From positions 901,374 to 933,373 of the forward strand of contig CP023991.1 in assembly GCA_003516025.1 (NCBI GenBank): 32,000 nucleotides of DNA, given 5' to 3'. The notes beneath the pieces are model-generated. The model was not told where the DNA came from. It worked only from the letters and a program-made list of their open reading frames with translations, and searched no databases. Positions 16,545-24,531 of the stretch are shown in pieces. How positions within the stretch are numbered: the stretch's first letter is position 1; each line of letters begins with the position of its first letter. The stretch is from Candidatus Saccharimonadota bacterium. Lineage in GTDB: Bacteria; Patescibacteriota; Saccharimonadia; Saccharimonadales; UBA4665. A program made the translations under genes and the position numbers.

Positions 16545-16652
16545 ATTCGTATCTCCAATTACTAAAAATAAATGATTACATACGGTAGGCTGGATGGCAA
16601 TTAAAAAAGCCAGGATCGGTTCCTGACTTTCTTGTAGCATTACAGCCGGATA

Positions 16653-17117
16653 TTAGAAGGCTGACGCCGGCTGGTTGAGACTGAGGCCGCTTATGTAGCC
16701 TTCGGCAGCTTTTTGCTCGGCAGCGGTAGGCTCTTCGCCCTTCACCCGCGTAACGGTCGCGAACAACTCCTTAGCGTACTTTTCGATGACAGGAAGCGTA
16801 ATAGCGTCCTTATCCATCTTAACTGCCGCCAGGTTGATAGCCTGTCCGATAGCCCATTGGGCGCGGATAGCGTAATCATCCCGGCTGGAGCGGAAGCTCG
16901 GCTTGGTATTGCCTGGCAACTGGCGCACGAAGCGCTCGCCGCGCGGGTTAAGGTAACTGCGTACCTCGCCCTCAAAACCAAGTTGCGCGATTTTATTGCT
17001 ATAGGATTTAAGACGATACTCTTTACCGTCGTTTGCCCGGAGGGTTACTTCCCAAATGGTCCGCTGGCCGTCCTCAGACGACCATATTTGTTCACTATGA
17101 ATCGTTTTAGCTTGCAT
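16653..17117 (-). CDS. hypothetical protein (154 aa), beta-rich N-terminal half and helical C-terminal half
   Basis: Long ORF with no recognised family. The start could be ATG 17117 or ATG 17162. Confidence 0.55.
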   Translation of the reverse strand: MQAKTIHSEQIWSSEDGQRTIWEVTLRANDGKEYRLKSYSNKIAQLGFEGEVRSYLNPRGERFVRQLPGNTKPSFRSSRDDYAIRAQWAIGQAINLAAVKMDKDAITLPVIEKYAKELFATVTRVKGEEPTAAEQKAAEGYISGLSLNQPASAF

Positions 17118-17298
17118 ACTTTGCTCTGTCCTGTTCTGGCACCAAACTATGTAGTACCTCATTAATGCTTAGTCTTTCGTCGTTGCAACGTTATGTTATG
17201 TGTCGTGTTTGTATATATTCCGGTGCTTTCACCCTCACCCGGCTTTATTACATTTCACTGCCCGATCAAGATAGGAGAATGGTCATTTACTACTGTTA

Positions 17299-17327
17299 AT
17301 TATAGGCTTTTGGCACTGTAATGTCAA
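17299..17327 (-). promoter_or_regulatory. consensus sigma-70 promoter
   Basis: Minus strand: TTGACA (17327..17322), exactly 17 nt spacer, TATAAT (17304..17299). The -35 lies in the loop of hairpin GGCACT..AGTGCC. Confidence 0.65.
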
Positions 17328-17354
17328 GAGTGCCAGCCACGTTTAGCGGTGTGT

Positions 17355-18458
17355 TTAGTAACCGGTACGAAGCTTGTAGCAGACCCTGCCGGCAGGATGT
17401 TGATCGGCAGTTACATAGGTTCCATAACCCTCTGAATCGGCGTTTACGCTATCCGAATAACTATACGATCCATAGCGGGATGTCTGATCTTTTTTATAGT
17501 TCACACATAACTGATAGCGCCAGTGGGTATCTACGCGGTACTGATCCACGACGCTACTGCTCCTCAGGTTAGTGTCGGACGATAAGGACGGATCACTGGT
17601 AACAACTTTACCCTTCGGCTCGAATACTACCAACCGCCGGTCAATCAGTTCACCGGCATCACCGGACAAATTCAGCGCTTCAAGTGATTCCGGCAGCTTC
17701 TGATTATTGTCAGCGTAGGTACTGATCTGTGAACTGACGGTAGAAATGTTATCGGAAATCAACCGGTCGTCGCGGGTTAGGCGGGCTTGCGCTGCCGGCC
17801 CGACGATACCGACTATAGCCAGCACGCCGACGGTCGCCAGCATAATAAACCGGTACCCGCGCCGAAGCCACGTAATCCGGGCCGGGTTCAGCGTCCGCAG
17901 GAATGTCAGGCCATAAAAACCGGCGATTATCAGGGCGCTTACGAGTGTCACAACGACGCCATCAGAGTTACCACTACTGGTCAGTAAAGCAACTACTGAG
18001 AATACGGCTGTAATTAGGGCACCAATGGCGAAGAGCGCGAAGAGCACGGCATGGATCACCATAACCCACACTTCTGCCCCTACCTTTTTAGCTGGCTCGC
18101 GCTTGCTGTAAAAACTATCACACACAAACGAGATTGGCAGCAACACCAAAACGGCGGCTATGGCATAGGCGCTAAAACTGCTCGAATCGGAACCCGTCAC
18201 ATAGTTAGATACTACTGTTGCAGTCAGGAATGACAAAGCCAGCACCGTCCAGCCCCAAAAAGCGTAGGTCAGCCACTGCAGGATAATAAGTCCTGGGTTA
18301 GCGGCTGTTTTTTCAGCCACAGGTTGCACTGATTGTGCTGGCTCGGCAACAGTCGACTGAGGCGTAGTTACTGGCTGCCCGACGGACGGAATGGAATCCG
18401 TAGCCGGTGCTACGTCCGCAGCTGTATTATCAGGAGTATTACTATTGTCTTTTTCCAT
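17355..18458 (-). CDS. multi-pass membrane protein with a low-complexity N-terminus and a C-terminal extracytoplasmic domain
   Basis: The N-terminus is Pro/Thr/Ala/Val-rich, followed by ~5 TM helices. The C-terminal ~140 aa domain has 2 Cys. AGGA SD lies 7 nt upstream. Confidence 0.65.
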   Translation of the reverse strand: MEKDNSNTPDNTAADVAPATDSIPSVGQPVTTPQSTVAEPAQSVQPVAEKTAANPGLIILQWLTYAFWGWTVLALSFLTATVVSNYVTGSDSSSFSAYAIAAVLVLLPISFVCDSFYSKREPAKKVGAEVWVMVIHAVLFALFAIGALITAVFSVVALLTSSGNSDGVVVTLVSALIIAGFYGLTFLRTLNPARITWLRRGYRFIMLATVGVLAIVGIVGPAAQARLTRDDRLISDNISTVSSQISTYADNNQKLPESLEALNLSGDAGELIDRRLVVFEPKGKVVTSDPSLSSDTNLRSSSVVDQYRVDTHWRYQLCVNYKKDQTSRYGSYSYSDSVNADSEGYGTYVTADQHPAGRVCYKLRTGY

Positions 18459-18502
18459 GGTCTATTCCTGTTATGCTTGTATTGCCTTCAGTATACCTTA
18501 TG

Positions 18503-19363
18503 CTAGGTTGCCGTGATAACGTCTGTCGCCAGGAGTACTATCAAAACCAATCCCAAAACAACACGATAGACGATAAACGCCGTGAAGCTGTGCCGGGCGA
18601 CATACTTAAGCAACCAGGCGATGGAACCATAGGCAACCACAAAGCTCACCACGGTAGCGACTATAGTGGCCGTCCAGCCAACACCATCAGCGATGTTGCC
18701 AGCCTCACTGACTGACTGTAGTACACCGGCGGCAAGCAGCGCCGGTATGGCGAGATAGAACGACAAGCGGGTTACCGTTACGCGGTCAAAACCCCGAAAC
18801 AGGCCGGCCGACATCGTGGCTCCCGAGCGGGAAACACCCGGAATAAGGGCGATACACTGAGTAATACCGATGATAATGGTGTCTTTTATTGTTACCTGGT
18901 CCTCACCGTGCCGGCGCGCGACGACCCGGTCTGCCAGCCACATCACCACACTCCAGCCTATCAGGGCGGCAGCAACGAACCACAAACTCCGGAGCGTTGT
19001 CTGCACCTGGTCTTGAAACAGCAGCCCTACAATAGCAATTGGAACCGAACCGATAATCACCGCCCAGCCGAGGCGGTAATCAGCGTCTCTCCGCTTGCCG
19101 GCATTAAACAAACCCTGCACCCAGGCGCTTATGATACGTGCGATATCTTTGCGGAAGTAAACTACCGTCGCGAATACCGCTCCGGCTTGGATAATAGCGG
19201 TAAAGGCAGTGATATCAGGGCTGTCAATTGAGTAGCCCAGCAGCTTTTCGGCGATCGTCAGGTGGCCCGTGCTTGAAACCGGCAGGAATTCAGTCACCCC
19301 CTCGATAATACCTAGGACTACCGCTTCAAGAATGTTCATACCTGCTAGTATAGCATTCACCAT
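18503..19363 (-). CDS. uppP: undecaprenyl-diphosphate phosphatase
   Basis: LGIIEGVTEFLPVSSTGHL plus the later SRSG.T motif. ATG 19339 (MNILEAV...) is an alternative start, with TATACT 7 nt upstream. Confidence 0.9.
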   Translation of the reverse strand: MVNAILAGMNILEAVVLGIIEGVTEFLPVSSTGHLTIAEKLLGYSIDSPDITAFTAIIQAGAVFATVVYFRKDIARIISAWVQGLFNAGKRRDADYRLGWAVIIGSVPIAIVGLLFQDQVQTTLRSLWFVAAALIGWSVVMWLADRVVARRHGEDQVTIKDTIIIGITQCIALIPGVSRSGATMSAGLFRGFDRVTVTRLSFYLAIPALLAAGVLQSVSEAGNIADGVGWTATIVATVVSFVVAYGSIAWLLKYVARHSFTAFIVYRVVLGLVLIVLLATDVITAT

Positions 19364-19441
19364 TCACGAGCCGGAGCATCACAAATCTGTACATACATAT
19401 TGCTTTTTTATCAAGCTTATGCTATATTATGATAGTTATAT

Positions 19442-19903
19442 ATGAACCAGCCATACGAACAAGAACCCACGGTCGTACTCGCCCCCGCCGAAACAGGCTG
19501 GGACGTTCACACACCCCGGAACGACCAACCGGAACCGGAACGTGTTGACGACGTCGTGGAAGCGTTGATACTAGGCGACCTCATAGCTGCCGAGATTGGC
19601 CTGCCCGAAGTACCAACTACCCGCGTACCTAAAACCAGTCCCGAAGAACAGGCCGACCCCCGTGATACGCAGATCCAAGAACTTCAGAATAAAGCCAAAC
19701 AGCTCGAAAACGCCCTCAAAACCCGCAGCACTACCGAGCAGGCTATCGGAGTCTTGGCGGCCCGGCACGGGCTGACACCCGAAGAAGCCTTTAATGTGAT
19801 GCGCGGTGAATCGCGCCGTATTAGCAAGCCGGTAGTTGAGATTGCTAAAGTAGTGCTATCTGACTTACGCGGTCCAGCAGAGTCAGCCGAATCAACTGAT
19901 TAA
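19442..19903 (+). CDS. ANTAR-domain RNA-binding protein with an acidic, apparently unstructured N-terminal half
   Basis: The C-terminus L.NAL.TRSTTEQAIGVLAARHGLTPEEAFNVMRGESRRISKPVVEIAKVV matches the ANTAR pattern (IeqAkGiL..r.g.seeeAf..Lr..S...n.kl.dvA). No REC/GAF/PAS-like region was recognised. Confidence 0.75.
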   Translation: MNQPYEQEPTVVLAPAETGWDVHTPRNDQPEPERVDDVVEALILGDLIAAEIGLPEVPTTRVPKTSPEEQADPRDTQIQELQNKAKQLENALKTRSTTEQAIGVLAARHGLTPEEAFNVMRGESRRISKPVVEIAKVVLSDLRGPAESAESTD

Positions 19904-19935
19904 TGCTGGTCTTGGCTTTCTTGTTAGATTGATAA

Positions 19936-20574
19936 TTACGTAGCAAAAGATGTCGCGTCAAGACGCGCGACTACTTTATCAGCGCCCTTTAGTTCGTCCG
20001 CCACATGCGTGTTCGATACGGCCACACAGCTCATACCCGCTGCTTTGGCAGCCCTGATGCCGCTCGGCGTGTCCTCAACAACAACACAATCCTGGGGGCG
20101 GACGTGAAGTAGAGCCGAGCCCTTTAAGTAGCCTTCGGGGTCGGGTTTGCCAGCTCGAACATTATCGGCCGCAACAACCGCTTTAAAGTAAGCTGTCATA
20201 CCGAACGCGGCCAACACCGCTTCGGCTTCGATGCGTAGCGAGCCGGTCACTAAAGCCAAGGGTAAGCCCGCCTGATGCAAAGCCCGGACACATTCCACAA
20301 TTCCAGAGTACGGTTTCAGGGTTCCCTGCGCCATGCCCAAATAAGCCCTGGCTTTTTCCTGCATTAGCTGGCCAAGGTTAAAGTCCTGGCCAATGGCGGC
20401 CATGTAAGCAATAAAACCGTCTTTGTCGGTTCTGCCGGCAAAGTATTGCTTATATTGTACATCGGTTAATATCTGTCCCCTGTCGCGCATGACGGCCTTG
20501 AATGCCTCCGTATGTAATGGCTCGTCGTTGACAATAACCCCGTTCATATCAAAAAGAACAGCTTTATATTTCAT
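19936..20574 (-). CDS. HAD-IA hydrolase (beta-phosphoglucomutase/phosphatase-like)
   Basis: Motif I VLFDMNGV, motif II VTGS, C-terminal VVEDTPSGIRAAKAAGM. Confidence 0.75.
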   Translation of the reverse strand: MKYKAVLFDMNGVIVNDEPLHTEAFKAVMRDRGQILTDVQYKQYFAGRTDKDGFIAYMAAIGQDFNLGQLMQEKARAYLGMAQGTLKPYSGIVECVRALHQAGLPLALVTGSLRIEAEAVLAAFGMTAYFKAVVAADNVRAGKPDPEGYLKGSALLHVRPQDCVVVEDTPSGIRAAKAAGMSCVAVSNTHVADELKGADKVVARLDATSFAT

Positions 20575-21181
20575 AAGCTTTAGATTCTAAGAGCACCTCT
20601 ACGTCACGAATGGTTTGTTCGGGATTTATCGCAAGTACCGTAGCCATACCGAATTCCCGGGCCGGAACCAAACAACGGTCTTGGTCGTCAATAAAAACTA
20701 TCTCGGCTGGCTCAATCCGAGAGAGCTTGGCCATAGCCAGCTCATATATTGTTTTATCGGGCTTAGCCGCCTTAACCTCACATGATAAGACTACAAAATC
20801 AAAAATATCATATCCACCGTGCGAGCGTATCTCGCTGGCGGTGTTTGGGATGGTATTCGAAACTAGCCCTACTTGATAGCCAGCCTTTTTTAGACGTTCA
20901 ACCAGCCCATCCATTTGCGGCAAAAGGCTGGTATGCTCCCATTTGTTCCAAATGTCCCGCTGCTTAATTGTTATTGGCTTGCCGTATGCTGCCTCGACCC
21001 TTTGCCAAAGCTCATCTTCATCAATGTGCCCGGCAGCGTAGTCATCCCATACGGTTTTCAACAGATCCCCTGCTTTAGCCGGAGATATGTCAAGATTTTG
21101 GGATAGCCTCGCGTCAAGCTCGCCGCGGCGGCCTCCGTTCGACATTACACCACCCCAGTCAAATAGCAATGCTTTTATCAT
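20564..21181 (-). CDS. HAD-IA hydrolase
   Basis: Motif I LLFDWGGV, motif II VSNT, FIDD near the C-terminus. TATCAT (21193..21188) lies 6 nt upstream of the ATG. Confidence 0.7.
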   Translation of the reverse strand: MIKALLFDWGGVMSNGGRRGELDARLSQNLDISPAKAGDLLKTVWDDYAAGHIDEDELWQRVEAAYGKPITIKQRDIWNKWEHTSLLPQMDGLVERLKKAGYQVGLVSNTIPNTASEIRSHGGYDIFDFVVLSCEVKAAKPDKTIYELAMAKLSRIEPAEIVFIDDQDRCLVPAREFGMATVLAINPEQTIRDVEVLLESKAYEI

Positions 21182-21276
21182 TTATGCATGATAACAGAAA
21201 AACCTCACTTGAATGAGAAGCTTTAAACATAAGATTTGGCACATCGGCGATCGCCATTTCAAATTTGTGGAACATC

Positions 21277-21316
21277 AGAAAAAGAAAAGACCTATCGGCG
21301 AGGATAGGTCTTTTCT
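21277..21316 (-). terminator. intrinsic terminator after tRNA-Asp
   Basis: AGAAAAGACCTATC GGCGAG GATAGGTCTTTTCT stem-loop, followed on the minus strand by CTTTTTC. Confidence 0.7.
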
Positions 21317-21318
21317 TC

Positions 21319-21394
21319 TGGCGCGCTCGACCGGATTTGAACCGGCGATCTCCTCCGTGACAGGGAGGCGTGATAACCACTTCACTACGAGCGC
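21319..21394 (-). tRNA. tRNA-Asp (anticodon GTC)
   Basis: Acceptor GCGCTCG/CGAGCGC, anticodon stem CCTCC/GGAGG with loop CTGTCAC, discriminator G, encoded CCA. Confidence 0.9.
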
Positions 21395-21470
21395 ATATCG
21401 TAGTGCCAGCCATGAGGCTAGCGAAGTAACAGGGGTAATTTTAGCAAGCTTGGCAACAAAAAGCAACAGT

Positions 21471-22589
21471 CTACAGCGATATGAAACGCTTTGGCGGCTT
21501 GTCTTTTTCCAGCGGATCAATATAGTTGCTAATGGCTTTAATCTGGAACGATATGTGCGCCGCCTGGACTTTGTCGTCGGTAACCGCGATATTCTTGACG
21601 ATTTCGAGAGTATAACCGGTGTTGATGACCGCGGACGTCTGGCCGGGCTGCAACTTAAACAGGGCGTCGACTACCTGCGGTGAGACATCGCGGTTATTTT
21701 TACTGATTGGCGCGCCGTACTGGCCGCCGTTGACTTTAGTAACCGTGTCATCCGACATCTGGCTCGCCAGGGTTCCGAAGTCCTTGCCTGCCTGAAGTTC
21801 AGCCAGCGTGTTGTTGGCGCGGGCCTGCGTGGCGGTGTCGAGCTCGGAGGCGACTTTTTGGCTCAGTAATTGTGTTTTAAGTTCGCGGCGGAAGTCTGAG
21901 ATAGACCAGCCCCAGAACTGCTTAAGAACGTCAGATAACATCTGATCGGTGCTGCCGAGGCGGTTTTGGGCCTTTACCAGAGCGATCTGGTCATTAACTT
22001 CACGGTTACTGATAGATATGTTATTTTTTTCGGCCAACTGCTTAACGTAGGCGTCATCAATGACCTTTTGCAGCGAATCTTTGCGCAAGGCGTCCAGATG
22101 AGGCTTATCTTTACCATCGAGGTCTTCCTTTTGCTGTACCTCGTAATAATGTGTCAGGTGGCGCAGTTCAAACAGGTAATTCTCGTAGGCGACCCAGCGC
22201 GGACCGGCCTTTGCGACCGGGAACGGTATCACACGACTGACTTCGTAGACAAAAGTCGAGGTGGAGTGCAGCTTATACAACGCCACACCGCAGTAGGCGA
22301 AAAAGACCACGACAGCCACTACGAATAAGCTGGTAGAAATCTTAATGATACGGTTTTTGGAGTGCTGTAACGGGTAGATATATTTACGGGCGCTGGATAA
22401 CACCTGTTCGCGGTGCTCGGCTACGGTGTCGTTGGTAATACGTGGCAGAGTTTGCAGCGCTTCGGCGGTTGCCTCTTCGCGGTTCTTGCGCCGGCGTCCC
22501 ACGCTACTCAAGCGGCCTTTAATGGCTGCCGGCACGCGGCCGACGGATGGCTTGGCTTTTTTAACTACTTTTTTCAATTTATTATTCAT
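21471..22589 (-). CDS. membrane-anchored parvulin-type peptidyl-prolyl isomerase (PrsA/PpiD/SurA-like)
   Basis: Basic N-terminus, one TM helix, SurA-N-like helical region, and a C-terminal PpiC domain (GKDFGTLASQMSDD...GGQYG...F.L.PGQ.S.V). ATG 22589 overlaps the upstream stop by 8 nt. The longer ORF to 22742 is rejected. Confidence 0.75.
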   Translation of the reverse strand: MNNKLKKVVKKAKPSVGRVPAAIKGRLSSVGRRRKNREEATAEALQTLPRITNDTVAEHREQVLSSARKYIYPLQHSKNRIIKISTSLFVVAVVVFFAYCGVALYKLHSTSTFVYEVSRVIPFPVAKAGPRWVAYENYLFELRHLTHYYEVQQKEDLDGKDKPHLDALRKDSLQKVIDDAYVKQLAEKNNISISNREVNDQIALVKAQNRLGSTDQMLSDVLKQFWGWSISDFRRELKTQLLSQKVASELDTATQARANNTLAELQAGKDFGTLASQMSDDTVTKVNGGQYGAPISKNNRDVSPQVVDALFKLQPGQTSAVINTGYTLEIVKNIAVTDDKVQAAHISFQIKAISNYIDPLEKDKPPKRFISL

Positions 22590-23196
22590 TGTCAGCAAAT
22601 TGTTCCGCAGATTCCTTAGGTGCCCCACTGCCGTTATCCGGCATACTGGTGGCTGCGACGCCATTGTCACGCAATATCTGTAACAGTTTCTTCTGGATAT
22701 GTCCGGGATGGTGAATGTCGTGGATAACGAGGTCGCCGACAAAGGTCTGCATAGTTATTGTACCAAATCCTAGCAAAGTTTCCTGCAAGCCACTGACTTC
22801 GTAGTTTACCATCTGGATTTGCCCCAGGCTCATATCAACGACGCTGCGGCTGAACATGCCTTTCTGGGTGATCTGGATCATCCGCTGATCGGTAATAATA
22901 AACACGCTGAAAAACCAGCTGATCCATGAAGGTACAAGCAGTAATACGCCGAAAAGGATACTCAGCACCAGGCTCATGAAAAAGAACGTCATCGAGGGGT
23001 AGTTATTGGGACGCAGGTACGTGAGTACCAGAGTGTAGACCGGGCCGATCAGCCAGGCGGCCATGCCAATAATCAGACCCTTACGCATCACGATTGGATG
23101 CTTACGGAATACAAACAGGACTTCTTCGTCGTCGAACTGATCCGCGAAGTATTTGTGCGGACGTCCGTCTGCGTCGGTTTGTGCCGATTTTGCCAT
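22582..23196 (-). CDS. membrane protein with a bacterial PH domain (YdbS/YdbT-like)
   Basis: Two TM helices are followed by ITDQRMIQI...G.F.R....M.L..I..V.....G....L.GFGT. TATAAT (23208..23203) lies 6 nt upstream of the ATG. Confidence 0.7.
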   Translation of the reverse strand: MAKSAQTDADGRPHKYFADQFDDEEVLFVFRKHPIVMRKGLIIGMAAWLIGPVYTLVLTYLRPNNYPSMTFFFMSLVLSILFGVLLLVPSWISWFFSVFIITDQRMIQITQKGMFSRSVVDMSLGQIQMVNYEVSGLQETLLGFGTITMQTFVGDLVIHDIHHPGHIQKKLLQILRDNGVAATSMPDNGSGAPKESAEQFADNE

Positions 23197-23237
23197 AAGC
23201 ACATTATACGATATAAACGGTTATTCGCATGCACCGT

Positions 23238-24110
23238 CTAACCCAAACGCCGAACTGAACGACGACGCTCACGTTCAGACAAGCCGCCCCAGATTCCGTT
23301 ATCTTCGCCGTTTTCGAGCGCATATTCAAGACATTCCGGCCGCACTTCGCACATTGTACAGATTTTCTTAGCCTCTCTTGTGGAGCCGCCATGTTCAGGG
23401 AAGAAAGCCTCTGGATCCGTCTCGGCGCACAAAGCTCTTTCCTGCCAATCACCTTCCTGGGACGCGCCAATCATCATACGCGCCAGATCAGACAAGTCGG
23501 TTGTTCCGTCTTGGCTCTCGGCAGCAGCTATCCGTTCGCGGAACTGTCGCATGAAAGTCGGAACACTCGGCGCCGGCGGAACAATTTCGCTCTCCAGGGG
23601 CTGGTACACCCATGCTTCCGTATCACTGTTGTTGAATACTGAAACGCGGTTGAGGTGACCATCGACAGATTGATGAGGCTCCAGCCAATAGCGTGTAGTA
23701 CTCTTCACACCGGATCTACGTACACGGTCAGCATAGTCCGGGTGGGCTTCCAATTTGCCCATCAATTTATATAGTTGCTGGCTTGTAGCCGCGGGAGTGG
23801 CGTCAGGAAACAGCCTGAGGAAATCACGCCTTCGTTGTGGAGTGCCGGCGAAGCGCTCCAGATAATCAAGCATAAACTGTTCGCGGCGGCTGAACTCAGA
23901 GGGTTCCTGCTCTTCCAGTAGGCCGTCTTCAGTTTCTACTGCGGCTTCCAGGCATACATCCGTACCGACCGCGCCAAGCGATTCTGATAACCTCAGTAAA
24001 CGCTCCGGTGGTTGCTCGGCGAGGAAGTAGTCGCCCGTACCGTTATAATCTGTTAAAGTACCGTTAACTGAAGCTTCAAGCAACCGTGAGTAATCTTCAT
24101 ACTGGGACAT
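23238..24110 (-). CDS. WhiB-family (Wbl) Fe-S regulator domain at the C-terminus of a 290-aa protein
   Basis: The last ~75 aa read W...ALC(x22)C..C(x5)C...A......GIWGG.SERERRR. This is the four-Cys Wbl cluster motif, G[IV]WGG turn and basic tail. AAGGG SD lies 7 nt upstream of ATG 24110. The upstream ~215 aa are in the same uninterrupted frame. Confidence 0.8.
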   Translation of the reverse strand: MSQYEDYSRLLEASVNGTLTDYNGTGDYFLAEQPPERLLRLSESLGAVGTDVCLEAAVETEDGLLEEQEPSEFSRREQFMLDYLERFAGTPQRRRDFLRLFPDATPAATSQQLYKLMGKLEAHPDYADRVRRSGVKSTTRYWLEPHQSVDGHLNRVSVFNNSDTEAWVYQPLESEIVPPAPSVPTFMRQFRERIAAAESQDGTTDLSDLARMMIGASQEGDWQERALCAETDPEAFFPEHGGSTREAKKICTMCEVRPECLEYALENGEDNGIWGGLSERERRRSVRRLG

Positions 24111-24186
24111 ATACAACCCTTATTTGTTATATTGCCAGTGATTATAAACCCAAAAATTGATATATCTATTGTAAAATTGTCTAAAT

Positions 24187-24261
24187 TGGTGCCCCCGAAC
24201 GGACTCGAACCGCTAGCTTCTCCTTAGGACGGAGTTGTTTTATCCATTGAACTACGGGGGC
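24187..24261 (-). tRNA. tRNA-Arg (anticodon CCT)
   Basis: Acceptor GCCCCCG/CGGGGGC, anticodon loop GTCCTAA, T-loop TTCGAGT, discriminator A, encoded CCA. There is one mismatch at the base of the anticodon stem. Confidence 0.85.
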
Positions 24262-24278
24262 CTTCGGAAAATTATACC

Positions 24279-24313
24279 CCAAAACAAAAAGAATCGCCCT
24301 GGAGAGGCGATTC
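24279..24313 (-). terminator. intrinsic terminator of the small-ORF unit
   Basis: GAATCGCC CTGGAGA GGCGATTC stem-loop (24291-24313), followed on the minus strand by TTTTTGTTTT. Confidence 0.7.
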
Positions 24314-24337
24314 TTGTGAGTCAAATGTTACAAATTA

Positions 24338-24438
24338 TTAATCAGAATCCTTACTACGGGCTTTACCACCCTTAGATCGAATTGCATGTTTCTTACTCTC
24401 GCTCATCTTATCTGAGCCAAGTCCTTGCTTTCCTGCCA
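24338..24438 (-). CDS. tiny basic KGG-motif-like protein gene, read as two overlapping frames (11 aa + 22 aa) or a frameshifted 33-aa gene
   Basis: GGAGG SD lies 9 nt upstream of ATG 24438. Frame 1 gives MAGKQGLAQIR-stop (TGA 24405..24403). ATG 24406 in an ATGA overlap gives MSESKKHAIRSKGGKARSKDSD-stop (24340..24338). The unit has its own -10-like box (GATAAT) and terminator. Confidence 0.4.
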
Positions 24439-24531
24439 TAATATATGCCTCCACTAATTACTTAGTACTGAGATTATCGCGCTACCGCGTCCGGTAGTAG
24501 AGCTTACTATATGGGCAATATTGGAAAGGTT

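Noticed and set aside
21159-21683. ORFs 21159..21413(-), 21275..21520(-) and 21213..21683(+)
   Set aside because: All of them cross tRNA-Asp and its terminator, or run antisense to the PpiC-like gene. None has a family signature.
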